A stretch of DNA of 64,000 bases from the human T2T-CHM13v2.0 reference genome, Homo sapiens, in NCBI RefSeq assembly GCF_009914755.1, contig NC_060932.1; one strand, 5' to 3'. Below are positions 46,155-61,489 of the stretch, piece by piece. A model generated the notes under the pieces. That model ran no database searches. It saw only the letters and a program-made list of their open reading frames with translations, and was not told the DNA's origin. Numbering within the stretch: the stretch's first letter is position 1; every line of letters begins with the position of its first letter. A program made the translations under genes and the position numbers.

Positions 46155-48549
46155 TTACCCACTCTCTCCAACTAGGACATTCCTAGTCCTTATTCCAGAA
46201 GACTAAGAAACTCTCTCTGGTACTCCCTGCCCTCAGTTTAGACACAACCTCTCTGGCCTCTGTGTCATCAGACATCTCCTCCATGTCTCCATCCCACCAA
46301 AGTGTATTTTCATCATGTGAGGAACGGAGAATAAAAAGGATGGCACAGGACTGCTGTGAGAATTGAATGAGAAGCTGATTCGCCGCAGTGCCTGGCCCAG
46401 GGCAAGGATTCCACAGGTGCTGGTTCCTGCATCCCCTTGTTCACCTCTGCTCACCCGTGCTCCACGGGCAGGGCCACACGGGCCTCCAGCACCTGCAACG
46501 TGGCCTGACACCCCTGAGGCTGCATCCAAAGCTGGCCTTCAAGTCAGGACGATGAGAAGGACCAGGCCCCTCACTCTAGAGGGTGGAAATGACAGTATTG
46601 TGGGGAACAAATAGGCTATGTCCTGTGCATCACAGGTCACCAACAGCACATCTGGAAAATACCTGCAGCGAACAACGCATTGACACAAGGTGTGTGTGGA
46701 TGGATGAGTGGCCCTGGCTCCACGCACACTGCTGTCTAGATGGCGATCAAGTGGCGAGACGGAAGCAGAGCACACAGTAACTGATCCAGAGGGAGGCGAC
46801 CTCTCCTGATGCAACAACACCCAGTGTCAGGCATGACGGCGGCCAGGGTAAGGTCAAAGCAAAAACCCCACGAAGGGAGAGAGGCAGCTGAGCACAGAGG
46901 TCTCGACAGGAAACCAGATGTGCCAATATCTGCCAAGTCTGTCTAATCCACGTGCTTAGATGGTTCCCGTCTGCAGGGCGCAATCAGAGGCCCTCCTCGG
47001 AGCCTCCATAGGATGCAAGCCACAGCTTCAGATGGCTCTGTATCTCTGCTAGACTGTGTCCCCAGAGACAGAACACCCAGCATTTCATCCTCACACCCTC
47101 GTACCTGGAACTCACAGGGAGCTCAGCACAGAGCTGGGGAAGGAGCGGAGCGAGAAGGGGCACAAACCTGCACGGTCAAAGCCTCAGGTCAATGTGCAGT
47201 GATCTACAAGATCCCATCCGGTGTTAAATCTGTGGTAACCAGTCCATCTTTGATATCATTAGCCCTACGCTACTGTACCTTCATTGCAGTGCTAATAGCA
47301 TTCTAGCCTCAGAGTCTGGAAGCACCATCAAATCCACTTTTACTGTCCACGGCCTGTCTGATAGGCATGGGGCCACGTGCCCTATTAACCAGGACTATAA
47401 ACGTGAAGTTCATTTACTCAAATGGTAGAGATGCAATTATGGCTTCACCCAAGAGAGCTACAAGAATAAGAAAGGCTTGATTCACAGAGGACACTTTCTT
47501 GTTAATGAGATTGGAGTTAGGAGCCAGGTTTACGTTTGGGAGCTGTAAATATACCAGATAAACAGTGGGAGGATTTTCCAGTATACTCAGCGCCTCCCTG
47601 GATTGTGTGATTTTAAAAAACATATAATTATTACCCACTTTTTATAGGTAAGAAAACTTAAACACTGAATGATTTAATGTGCACAACAAATAAATAGTTT
47701 AAATGCCAGCTGTATTTAAATTCAAAACCTGTGTTCTAGTCATTAAGCCATGGAGTACACTTGACTTTTTCTTCTTCGATTTTTACTTCAGTGTTTTGAT
47801 AAAAAACTTGATGTATGAATGTCTGTGGAAGGTGCAGCTGGAAGCTCTCCAGCCCACTCTGCTCACTAGGTAGCTGCCTTCCTGCTATGGTGCTAGCGAT
47901 ATCCCTAAGAACTGATGGTGCCGGTCAGAGTATGTGGCTTGGGCTGTATGAGGCACCTAATCACCAGGGCTACTTTCAACCCTGGACAACTTGTCAGTGG
48001 CCAGTCATGATCTCTCCATTGCCCTTTTCATTGATCTCTTCACTGAACAATTACATGGTGAGCATGTTCTAGTATGAGTCCACAACTCTAAAGGGATGAC
48101 CAGGGCTGCACACAGGAGGTTTGTGATCAAGGGAAAACCCATATCCCTCTCCCAGGAGCAAGACCCCATCAAGATCAAATGGAGCAATTCTAATACTGAC
48201 TATGTGGAGGAGTCTACAACTCCCTTAAGAAATCTGAGACTCTCCTGAAGGGAACCACTGCTGATAGACACATGTATATCATGAGAAGCGTGAAAACTCC
48301 CTCGAGACTGTCAGCAGTGCCCAGCCCACCACCAACTACTTACCACCCAAGCCCCCCAGCCAAGACTATCCACAACAATCATGGCCTAGTGGAGGTACTC
48401 ATGACCACAGCGCACACCAACACTACGTCCCAGGAGCCTGCCCCTCTAACAAAGTGAAGTGTGATGGCCTTGCTCACAACATAATCCAACATCCATGGAC
48501 ACTGCCAAGGTCAGTGGTCAAGTGGCAAGGTCATCTCTGAGCTTAATAG

Positions 48550-48841
<292 letters not shown>

Positions 48842-49015
48842 GCACACTGGCAAGCTTTCTATGTCACCATCCCAACACACATCATTCAGGGATATGACCT
48901 AGTGTCTAGAGGAAGCCAATTATCATGACCTCAAGAAGGTGGTGATGCAGTAACTAAAGGACTCCTTGGAAGGTGTCCTGAGCCACGGGGAGGCCCAAGT
49001 CAACTGCAATCAAGA

Positions 49016-49137
49016 TGTCCATGAAAAGGGGGAAACAGTCAAGAGATGACCATGGAAAGGTGGAAACGTTCAACAGAGGTGTCCACAGAAAGGTGGAAAC
49101 ATTCAACAGAGGTGTCCACGGAAAGGTGGAAACATTT
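49016..49137. repeat. 33-bp tandem repeat, about 3.6 copies
   Basis: ca(c/t)ggaaaggtggaaacattcaacagaggtgtc units; the first copy is degenerate. Confidence 0.9.
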
Positions 49138-49849
49138 GATGCTGGCGCTGGCATTTACCTTCGACAACTACTTTGTCAAGGTAATATCCAGGTATGAATG
49201 GTGGACCTCATGGTCCCTGTGACCTCCAAGAATGACCAGGCCCAACATCTCTTGCAATAGCAGAAGAGAAAAACAAGCCCTCAGCTACTAGAGCTCCCTG
49301 ACCCAGCCCTACCCGCAAGACACTCTGAATCTCCTCTCTCTGACAGTTTCCATCCCTGGACCCATGAAGAAGGGAGATTAGGAGAATCATGTATAATCAA
49401 TACCATCAACATACTGTACCTGGCAGGGAAAAAATATACACATATATAGTAAAGTGTCCAAATGATTAGAGCCCTGTGAAACAATGAGCTATCAGTACAG
49501 GTGTTCAAACAGCGTACACCTGCACAGCAAGGTAAACTAAGAGACTTTGCAAGTACTCCCTCCCAACATCAAAGATTAAATGATTTTTTCCACAGAAAGT
49601 GAGAATTAAACAGAGGCTAAGAATCAAGTCAGTAACTTTGTTTTTCAACTGGGAAGCCCAAGGTCCAACAGCCAACAGACCATGGCCCTGAACTCAAGGC
49701 CAAGGCCTGTGTTCCACCCTAGCCCTGCCCATCACCCAACCCCTTCTGCAGGGGATGGGGAGAACGCTCGTGACTTGCTCGCCCTCATGGCGGTCACACC
49801 ATCCTGGGCCTCAACATGGCATCTAAGTCTAATCTAATTCCAGCTTCTG

Positions 49850-50140
49850 GGCCAAGCGCAGTGGCTCATGCCTGTAATCCCAGCATTTTGGGAGGCCAAG
49901 GCGGGCAGATCACTTGAGGTCAGGAGTTCAAGACCAGCCTGGCCAACATGGTAAAACCTCATCTCTACTAAAAATACAAAAATTAGCTGGGTGTGGTGGC
50001 GTGTACCTATAATCCCAGCTATTCAGGAGGCTGAGGCAGGAGAATTGCTTGAACCCAGGGGTGGAGGTTGCAGTGAGCTGAGATCGCACCACTGTACTCC
50101 AGCCTGGGCAACAGAGCAAGATTGTCTCAAAAAAAAAAAA
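49850..50140 (+). mobile_element. AluSz/Sx-like
   Basis: Full dimer with A tail. Confidence 0.93.
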
Positions 50141-50169
50141 ATCTATTATAGCTTCTTATCAATGAAAGA

Positions 50170-50360
50170 AGCACAACAAATCAATATTCAGGACAATTGG
50201 GACAGTTTGAATATGGAACGTTTATGACATAACACTATTGTACTAATGTCGAAGGTCATGGGTGTGACAATGGTTATTTAGGAAAGTATCCTTCTTAGGA
50301 GGCATGCAAAAATTATTTAAGGAGAGAAATAATATAAAGTCTGCAACTTAGCCCAAAAAA

Positions 50361-50392
<32 letters not shown>

Positions 50393-50505
50393 ACAAACAT
50401 ATACAGAGAGAGAAAGTAGAGAAAAAAGAAAATGGGTATAGATGATCAGTATACAATTTTTTCAACTTCATGTTCGAGATATTTCAAAATAAAACGTTGG
50501 GGAAA
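50170..50505 (+). mobile_element. L1MC-type 3' fragment containing (TG)n at about 50366-50392
   Basis: ggacaattgggacagtttgaatatgga...gtctgcaactt...atttcaaaataaaacgttggg. Confidence 0.7.
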
Positions 50506-51761
50506 ATACTAACAAATCAAGTCTTCCAGAGTCTTTGACTTTAAAACAATCATTCAAAATGTGTAAAGGAGGCAGCCACCTTGCGGAACACACGCATGCT
50601 CCAAGGATGGTTCCGGCTGCTTTTTATAGAAGAGTCCTGATCTTCCTGAGAAAGACCAAGGCATGGATATTAGTTCCCCACTTTTTCAGCTGAGATAACT
50701 GGGACTTGGCCAAGGTCCCAGAGTTTACCCCAGGACACCTGGTCTTTAGGGAGCCTAGCTGACCTCCTTCACCTACGCTTGCTCTCCACGGCCCTGTGGA
50801 GTGTCCGGGACCGCCTGGGCCCACGCCCTCTGCAGATGCCAGAGCAAAGCAAAGGTGGCAGAGCCCCCACCTAACACATCTCTGCCTTCCCAGCACCGGG
50901 CTGCTCCTGAGTCAATTTCCTTCTGCTGATCTTCGCAGTTATTCAACGACTCTTCTAGTCTGTGGCCTTTGCTTCTTTCTCATGCCAGCAAACCTCCTTA
51001 TTTACACAGAAAACAGAAACATTCTGTCTGCTGAGCCAGCAGTTGTGCCTCCGGGCTCCTTCGCTCTGGGCAGCCCTAGGTGAACGGCTCCCATCTGAGG
51101 GACTCAGTCCCTTTGTCTTCACACGGGAGCCAATGTAATAACTTCCCTACCAAACTGTTTTTCAGCTCGACTGGCAGAACAAGAGTCAGGGCCCACCGGT
51201 CCTGTCTCTTCCATGGACATCAGCTGTCCCCCACTCTCCCTGCCTGATGAAAGTTAAGGAGCTAGGACTTGGTGAGGAACGCTGCTCTAAACCCTCTGTT
51301 GGCTTCTATGTGCAGTAAGAAAGGCTGAATCCAGCATCTAGAATTTCTTCTTCCAGTCTATAAGCTCTTCCACTTTTTATAGTTTCCAGAATATCTTACA
51401 TAGGCCAATTGGAAAAGAGGGTAAAGAAAGGAAGCTACCTCTTAACAAACATCTCTTGTACACTAAATTCAGTTTTGTTTAATCATCTTGTGGCTAAAGC
51501 CTCAAAGCCATCCTACAGAAAAAAAGCCCATTATTCCCATTCTCCAGGTGAGGAAAATGAGGCTTAAAGAGCATGAAGTAACATGTCCCAGACCTCACCT
51601 TCAGTGATAAACCTTGTTCTCCATTCTTCCTGCTTCCATGGGAAGGGTTTCCCCAGCATAGTCCCTTCACCCTGGCTACCCCGAACCCCAGCCGACCATC
51701 CTGAGGCCTGATGGGTCAGTGTCATAACCCTTGAGATCCATTCACAGCACATCTGAAGGAG

Positions 51762-51942
51762 CAGCTCTGCCCTCCAGCCTACAGCAGGGTCACCAGGGGA
51801 GCTTGCTTGAACACCTAGATCGCTGGGCCAACACCAGTGTTTCTGATTTACAGGTTAGAGAGGGGCCCAAGAATGTGCATTTCTAAGAAGAGCCCAGCTT
51901 CCTGAAGCTGCTGGTCCAGGGACCACACTTTCAGAACCACTG
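51762..51942. mobile_element. MER5A (hAT-Charlie)
   Basis: ggcccaagaatgtgcatttctaag...gctgctggtccagggaccacactttcagaaccactg. Confidence 0.82.
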
Positions 51943-53501
51943 CAATGGAAATGGGGCGATACAGGCAAGTTCCCTAATTAGTGAGATGGGGAAAGCATGG
52001 TGACGTGGGCCCCAGTCCTTCCCTCTCCCCTCCAGTGGCCCTCCCAGCCTGCCCCATGGGTGTGGCCTGCCCATGACTGCCTGGGTACAAGGAATTCTAC
52101 CATGAGGCCTGCCTACAGCCAGGTCAGACTCCAGCCACAGCCTGCAGGTAAGCAGACCGCCCCATTCCTGCCGTACCTGGCAGTTGTTCTAAACTCAGAT
52201 CATTGTGCCAGCAGGGTGTCAGCCAGGCGCCTTCAAACCTTGGTAGTCGCCCTGAAGACGTGCCAAGGTAGACGGTCAAGCCAAGGCTGACCCCAGTGCC
52301 ATCCCCTCTTTCTTCTGCTTCACAGCAGTCCAACAAAAAGCCACACCCCTCAACTACTGGACAAACATTCACTGGGTGCCCCCCTGTGCCAGACACTGTG
52401 CTGGTCCAGAAGCAACAGAACAACAACGACCAAAAAAAAAAAAAAAAAAAAATCACAGTGGGCTAGGATATGACATCCTACTTAGGCACTCAATCCCAAG
52501 ATATCAATCACCTCTGGCCACTGTTCCCCTACAACCACTCATGGGCCGGTAAAGAAACCGTGGCTTGGATGTGCAACTTGCCCAACAAATCCCACAGCTT
52601 CAGTGGCAGAATTTGGTTCCATACGTGCCCAACTTTGAAGACCGTGCTAACAGACAGCCATGACACCACTGTAAAAATTGGCATTATAACCTGTTTATCA
52701 GGCCCCACCCATGAGCATTTCTTCAGGGCATGACAGTGCCCCCAGGGCACAGCACAGAGCCTGGCAAGCTGCCCAGTGGAGGAGGTGGGTAAATGCTACG
52801 GACGGAATACATAAATGACGAAAGCAACACCTTCGGCACTGATACGCAGGGCTTTCAGAAGATTACAGCTTCTCGCCTCGGGGAGAATAAGTCCCTATTA
52901 TAAATGGAAACCTTATAGTCCCGCAGATGCTCTTTATTTTTCCTAATGCACAGCTGCAAAAGAGAAAATTTTCCCTTGTGTGCTAAATACGCATTTCTAA
53001 TTACCCTCACCTAAGATGCATTCACTCTAAAGACTAAGAATAGCTAACTGATATAACTTACACGCAGTAATATAGTCTACGTCAGCTGGAAAAATTAAGC
53101 CAAAGGTAAACTAGGATTGGTGAAGAGTCAATAAGTTATTACAAGGAATCGCCAAGATTGAAAACAAAATAAGATGCAGAATGAAGGCATAGAACTTTAC
53201 CTCCAAAACCAGAGCCAAGTCACCACCAAGGCATTTGACTTCCTGAGTCCTTGCCTCTGGTTACCCCATCTCCAGCAGAGATGGAGAGGAAAAGGAGAAG
53301 GAGGTGAGGAGTCTGAAGGCCCAAGGTCAGACACCAGTCCAGTATTGCTATTCCACCGGCTCTGAGACCTGGGCAAACAACCTGACCCTCTGCGCTTCAG
53401 CTTCCTTGCGTACACGAAGCGAGGATGGTGGCACATCTGCCTGCTGCGGGCTGTGAGCATTAAATGAGCACAAGGACCTTGGGTTTAACAAACCCAAGTC
53501 C

Positions 53502-53885
<384 letters not shown>

Positions 53886-54979
53886 TCAGGTCTTCTGGGG
53901 AGATGAAACCCACAGTGTCCAAGGAGGACACGCCCAGCTCAGCCTCGAGGTGGCAGAGTCCCAGATCAATTACATTCCCTTATTCATCCTTTCACCAAAT
54001 GGTGGTTCTGAGTCAATACCATTTTATGTAACTAAGAAAAACGAAAAGCAGTTATCACCAAGACTACAGTTTGAAGTTAGTTAATATTCTAGCAGCACTG
54101 GCTTTCCATAAATCAGCTGTCCTCTCAAAAGAATGGTGGGATTTTAACCAGAAGAAAAAGGAATCTGGAGACTCTTTTTTTAATGTGGGACTGGATCTAG
54201 ATGGGAGGATGGGACTCCTGTGACACAGCAAGCCACCCTTCTCCCTGAGGAACACCTGGATAAGAGCTGAGGGGTCTTGCCCAAGGAGACTGGCGTCCCC
54301 CGCCTTGCACTAGCACTGTGCTGAGCGGTCTTGCCGCTCTCCGGTGGTGCTTGGCACGGTCCACGGTGCAATAGAGCTCTTCCCAGGAAGTTGGATGCTC
54401 CGTGTGTTGTCCCAGGTCTTCGCCGACGGCTATGAAACCTTTTCTCTCCTCTGTGAGACAGGGCAACAATGCCTTCTTGGCAAGGAAAGGCAAGGAGCCC
54501 AGTGTGGCTACAGCTCAGGCTTTATAGCAGGAAAGAGAGCTGGATGGACAGGGCGGGCAGGCCAAGGGGCCTTCGCCCCAGACTCCCCACAGCCGCCGAC
54601 TCCCTCCCTTTCCTTGCGCCTTCCTCCCTGTCTCCAGCAGCTTCTGTCACGCTGGCTAGAAGGTAGGAGGTTCCAAAAGGAGCCCCTGCTGTCCACAGCC
54701 TGGGAAGACTTCTGCAATGTTTCTCCTCCAGAAAATGGTTCCCAGAGCATTCTTGGATGCCTATCTTACAGGCTTTGTGCTTTGGTGGACATGAGCCCTG
54801 CTACATCCAAGAAAGTGCAGTCATCTTGCACTTTCTAAATAATACAGCATGAAGAAAAGGACCCAGAATTTATTCTTCAATGCCCCATACCCCTTTTCTA
54901 AATTAGAATTGCCCCATATTTTATAATTGCCCTAAATTATAAATGTTAGTAATTGGCCCTTCATCCTAAGATGTAAACT

Positions 54980-55170
54980 AAGATCTGGGTTCATATCTTA
55001 GCTCCACAAGCAACCAACCTGGGCACATTATTTCACTCTCTGGAACTCAACTTTTCTTCATCTGTAAAATGGGACAGATATTCCTTATTCTGTAGGCCTG
55101 TTCTGAGAAATAGAAACGTGTACAGAAAAAGCCTAGAAAGGTTCCCGTGGCACCTACAATAAACTGCTCT
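54980..55170 (+). mobile_element. MIR
   Basis: agatctgggttcatatcttagctcca...ttcttcatctgtaaaatggg. Confidence 0.75.
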
Positions 55171-55269
55171 TGTTCCTTTCTGTGGAAGCTCTTCTGTGAC
55201 CAGCTGTCTGTGAGGTGTCCTGGAAGGGAGGCCTGCAGCTCCCCAGAGATTCTAGCCCAACCCTGCCTG

Positions 55270-55750
55270 GGCCCCGCCAGCCTCTCCCGGCACAGCCTCA
55301 CAGCAGGCATGTTGGAGGAGCTAAATATAGCTCCTCAGACTCCAGGGCGGATGGTCACCCGCCCGGGCTGTGCCTCCTTCCACATCACACACGCGCACGC
55401 ACAAAACACATGCTCCTCGGCGGAGGCCCCTTTCAGAAACACGCAGGCAGAAGCTCAGTCAATCCACCTGCAGTGCACGGGGGACAGCTCGCATTTCGGT
55501 ATGCTAAGAATAGTCCGGGTTGCGCTAAGAGCCCGAATGCGAAGGGTATGGAAGTCGTTCTCTGCGGAGGCCCCGCTGGCACCGGAGAGCCAGGCATGGC
55601 AGCCCACAGGGTGAAAGGCGGGTCCCCAGGGGCCAGAGGAGAGGCTGAGAGAATGGAGAAGAAAACGAGTGACTGCCTCGGGATATAGGGAAGAAAACAC
55701 ATCACGCATGAAGAAGGGGACAAGAGTGGGCTGGCTGGGCCCAGCGGCCG
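55270..55750. promoter_or_regulatory. CpG-enriched unique segment (weak orphan CpG-island-like)
   Basis: About 28 CpGs in about 480 bp by hand count, GC-rich, non-repetitive. Confidence 0.35.
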
Positions 55751-58700
55751 CTGCTCAGCTCTGCCTGCTTCTCTGCAGGCTGTGTGAGAGCAGACACAGC
55801 CACAGCCTCTGCTGAAGGACAACATGGAGAACAACAGCAACAACAACACCCAGTTGGTGCTGAGGGGCTGGGTGCCAGCCCCGAGTTCCGGTGTGCTGGA
55901 GCATTCTTTACAGCAGACATGGGACATGAGCCCGGGCTGGCTGGCTCTACCACCACCCTTAGCAGAAAGCCAGATCAGACTCCAACCAGACTCCAGTGCA
56001 CACACCACTTTCCATGACCCAGCAGAGGTCGGGGCAGAAGTGGAGGGCGAGGTCAGGAGACAAAGGGCCACCAGGGGCCAGGCCACAAGCTGCCAGCAAG
56101 GCAGGGTCCAGCCATAGCCACAGGCCCCAGCCAGAGCTCAAACAAGGACGCATGTGCAGCACTGGCTGGGCCAGCTGCATCTTCACAAATGGCCCAGCAG
56201 AAGCTGGGCTGGCCAGAAGCCCCTCTGATAGGCAGACTCTCTAAAGTCCCCTCCTGGAAATGCCATCTTTGGAGATGGACACAATTGGCTTGTCCATGCC
56301 AGCTCTGCACTAACAGCTGTGGGTCCCTGAGCATGCCTATCTCCTTGTCTAGAAGATGAGGCAGCCAACCACTGTGGCTTCACAAGGCTGTTGTAAGGAC
56401 AGTGCCTGGCATATGCAACGTGTCCAATCAATTGTCATAAACAGGATAATGACAATGATGACAATGACTCCACCTTGTACAGGGTAACACTCAGATGGCA
56501 TAAAGACAATCTTACTGGAAGCTCTGGAAGAAACAAATACTAACTCTTTAAGGGCCCACCTCTTGGGAGGAAGAGTAGGAAAGTCGGGGTGAGGGCAACA
56601 TTTCTGGACAATAGCCCTATGCCAGGTGCCAGGCCAGGATCATGAGAGCGAGTTTAGGCTCATGTAATCCTTGCAGCCATCCATGAAGTGGAGACCAAGA
56701 GCTCCATGGAACAGACAAGCAGAGCAAGGCTCAGAAAGGCCAGGAGCTATAGCTTGGGTGCGGAGGGACAGGGTTTTCATCTATCTGAAGCCCCAAACAC
56801 AAATTCTAACTCTCAAGTCTCAATGCTCTTCCCAGAGTGGGAGACTGAGGTTTAGGGAGCTGAAGTGACTCACCCAAAGTCACAAAGCTAGTGGAGGTGC
56901 GGGGTCCAGCGTGAAGGGAGGGCACCCGTGAGCCCAGGACCCCCTCTCCCGCATGAATAGCAGGCCCAGGGCTGCTCTTACTTGCTTCCTGTCACCCATC
57001 CCCTGCTCCCCTACTCCCAGCTCCAACCAGTTCGTCAGTACCACCCCTCTAGTCGAAGGCAGGAATCAGGTGTCATTAATCTTTATACCCTCGGTGCCCG
57101 GAACACAGCAGAAATTCCAGAAATGTTTACCAAAAGGAAACACGAGAAGCTGAGGCGGAAGGAAGGCGGGCCTGCAGGGGTGGTTACAGACCAAACCCAA
57201 GGCACACAGCACACCAGAGGCCCACAGCAACATCTGATTCCCCGCGATGACGGAACTGGCCCCATCCCTTTCATCTCATAGCTAGGGGACTCTCTTGCTA
57301 TATAGATATGGAAACAGAAACTCATACAGGTAAAGTAAACCCCCACGTTCGCAGGACCTACTGAGGGCAGGGCCAGAACAAAAGCCCATGCTGGGGCCTG
57401 CGGGCCCAGAGTTGGTCCTATGGCATGAGGCTCCTAAAACTTTTGGCAAGGAGAGTCATGCCATCTGACTTAAAAAGATAAATGCTCCCTTCCGGGCCGA
57501 AGTGGAAAATCAATAAGCTGCAACCCAGGCTTACTCTTTGCCAGAGGAAGGGGAGAGCTCCAAGGTTCCTGCTATTGTACCCGGGCTCCTGTTCCTTCAC
57601 TAGGGACCTGCGGAAGGCACACTGTGGACACTGCGGGAAGAGCCGGCCCTCGGTGATGTGTTCTGCCCACCTCTCATCAAGCATGAAGATAAATCCTACA
57701 GGGCTCCCCCCTCCGAGACCACCAAATTATTTCCCTGGCAACCAGGGAAGTGAATAGAAGGTTATGTATCCCTCCCATTTGCTCGTCGGTCTTTGAAACT
57801 CATATACAGCTGAAAGGGGAAGGTCACAGGGACCCCCTGTCCAAACACCAAACCCTGGGATTTCCTTGAGGCTGGAAATGAAAGCGGATCTCTGAGCAGC
57901 CTTCCTGAGCGTCTGTATCCCACAGGGCAGGCACTGTGTGAGGTTTTGTGGAAGGTCTCCCGCCGAGTCCTCAAGATCATTCTGTGAGGTGCGAGCTTTA
58001 TTCCTCATTGTAGGGATCAGAAAACTTGTCCAAGATCAAGTGGGAAAGGCTCCTTCAATTCCACCACAACTCAGTCCCCAAACTGGATAGCCATTGAGCA
58101 GATAGTGTGTAACTGTTGCCTACACGCCAAATGACACATGCAGGTGTGAGCGGTGACTGTCAGGCAGGCCACTGGGGTGTGTAACACCAGGGGCATGAGT
58201 ACAGCGTGGGGGCAACAGGGCTAAGCCACTGAGTGTACAAGGGACACCTGGGGACCCATGTTGATAGTGGGGCCACCAGATCTGAGGTCAGCCATGAGCT
58301 AGCAAGAGGATTCGGCAATGGAGGCCTTTGGTTTTCACACTGGGCAGCTCAGGCGTAAAGCCTCCAGTGCTTCATGAGTCATCAAAGCCAATGAAGAAGT
58401 CCTTGGCAGAGGATTCATTTGAACTTCCCTTTAACACTTCAGCTGTGGGGAGTCTGGCATGAAATATGCGCATTAGCTACTCTCCAACTGGAGAATGCAG
58501 AATTAACGTCTGTGGAAAACCTACATGCTGAGCGATGTGCACACACCATCTCATGCGGTTCTCACAACAATTTCCCACTTTGCAAATCAGGGGACTGAAG
58601 CTCAGAGAAGTATCATGTTGTGCCTCTACCAGGTGAGATGCCCAACCCCAACTCCCACCCCAGGTCCTCCCTCAGTGCCCCCACCCCATAAACAGAATTC

Positions 58701-60449
58701 CCTCTGACACTGCATGCACCAGCCTCCATGACTCTCTGGGTCTCATGGTCCCCTGACGGAGGCACACGGGACTCAGGACACCCTTCCTCATCCCCAGCAC
58801 CTCCACCCAGGGCACAGGAAATGCTCATGAAATGTCTATGGAGGAAGAGAGATGGGAGATGGAGAGATGGGGGCTGGGGAGGGAAGAAGGGGGGAAGTAA
58901 TGAGTCACCAGCCTGGGGTCCCACCTGGAAACACCAGATGGGAACAACCCACCGACAACCCCAGGAGGGAAACAATGGCATCCAGCTTCCAGGGCACACA
59001 CACTGGGGGGCCACACAGCCCTGCACAGGGGGAAGGGCACCTGCACGTGGCCTTCTTTCTCAGCTGGGCATCTTGGCACTCTCAGGTTCTTCTGGACATT
59101 GTCTTCCACGCTGAAGGAACGGAAGTCACCGAAACAGTCCTTGATGGCTATTTTAGACCTTCAACTGCCATTAAGACACAATCTCGTACAGAGAGGGTTT
59201 GTGGCCATTCCGTACAAGGAATTAACAAGTATGATGAGCTCCCACTACAGATAGCATCCTTAAAGGAATGAGTCATCAGAGACCACCAGATGTTAGCAAG
59301 AGAGAAGTGCCTTCATTCCTGCACACTCCTCCCTCCCTCATGCCCATTAGAAGACCTGAAGGGGCGGTGGAGCCTTTAAAATCAGGGCCACAGGGCCAAT
59401 GAGACCTCCTCCATGAGCACCATGACCTCAGTGAGCACTGTGGGACCTGCCAGGATGGACAGAGCAGCTCCACACTGGGATCTGAACCCCGGGGGTTCCT
59501 GTAAGCCCTGCACCGTTGGTCGGTCATTTTTCACATGGGTGTATCTGAACCCTCAACCCTGGATTCAGAAGCCTTAATCGCCACAGGTTTCTCAATTGCT
59601 TGCAGCAAGCATCTGAGGGGTCCCTCTCCCTTTCCTGACACAGAAGATGAGGAGGCAAGGGTGCTGCATACACCTGCAAGAAACAGGTTCCTCCTCCCAC
59701 CCCATGGCACCCACACAGGAAAACATTGTTCATTCTTTTTTTTTTTTTTTTTTTTTTTGCCTTTGAGAACATAAAGCAAATAGCAAATACAAAGCACATT
59801 CTTAGGAAATGGAAAAATTTGTTCTCTAGAGATTTATAGTAAATGGTCTATAAAGGACGTTGATAATTATTTAAGGATGCATCGTAAGGACGGCTGCTCC
59901 CCCACGTAGGACAAAGGGAGTATTTGTAGTCCTGGATCCCTGTGGGTAAGAATATGTGGAGAGGACTAATGAGAAGAGCAGACATCTAGACTCATTAGTA
60001 GTGATTCAGTAGTTTTCACTCTCCTGTAAGATCACAGCAGGAGTTTAACTGTGTTTCCAATCCAAATGCATCCACTGTATTTCTTTCCATTGTATGCAGG
60101 GTAATAGACCCATGAAAGGGAAGAGGAAGACTGCAGAGAAGAAAACGTTCTCCCCCACTTGCAGCTTCTCTCCAGCACCAGTAGTTAAGAAAGATGGAGC
60201 ATCAGGGGCCGGCCAGGTGACCACCAGAGGAGGAAGGCAGAGCAGGCAAAGCACAAGGCATGGCAAAGAGGGGTGCGGCCTTCTGCATTCCAGGGTTTAT
60301 AATGCTAATTCAAAATTACCACAGCAAATAAAGAACATCCAGAGGTATCTCATCACACGGTATTCTCCAAAACAACAACAACAACAACAACACAGAAACT
60401 GCAGTCCTTTCTCTTAATTGGATGTAAATGCAAGGAAACCTTCTCTTTA

Positions 60450-61460
<1,011 letters not shown>

Positions 61461-61489
61461 CCAATTGTTGTCCAGGAGTGTGCTGCCTA

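Noticed and set aside
49313-49419. Possible minus-strand exon (ttttttccctgccag|G ... CGG|gtaggg)
   Set aside because: Donor is mediocre, length is not frame-neutral and the peptide is unrecognised; indistinguishable from a pseudo-exon.
53478-53498. 9-bp hairpin CTTGGGTTT-aac-AAACCCAAG at an Alu target site
   Set aside because: The Alu has a normal tail and TSD, and a 9-bp stem can occur by chance in 64 kb.
55047-56431. Cluster of overlapping ORFs up to 217 aa
   Set aside because: Open in many frames on both strands because of GC richness; none resembles a protein I recognise.
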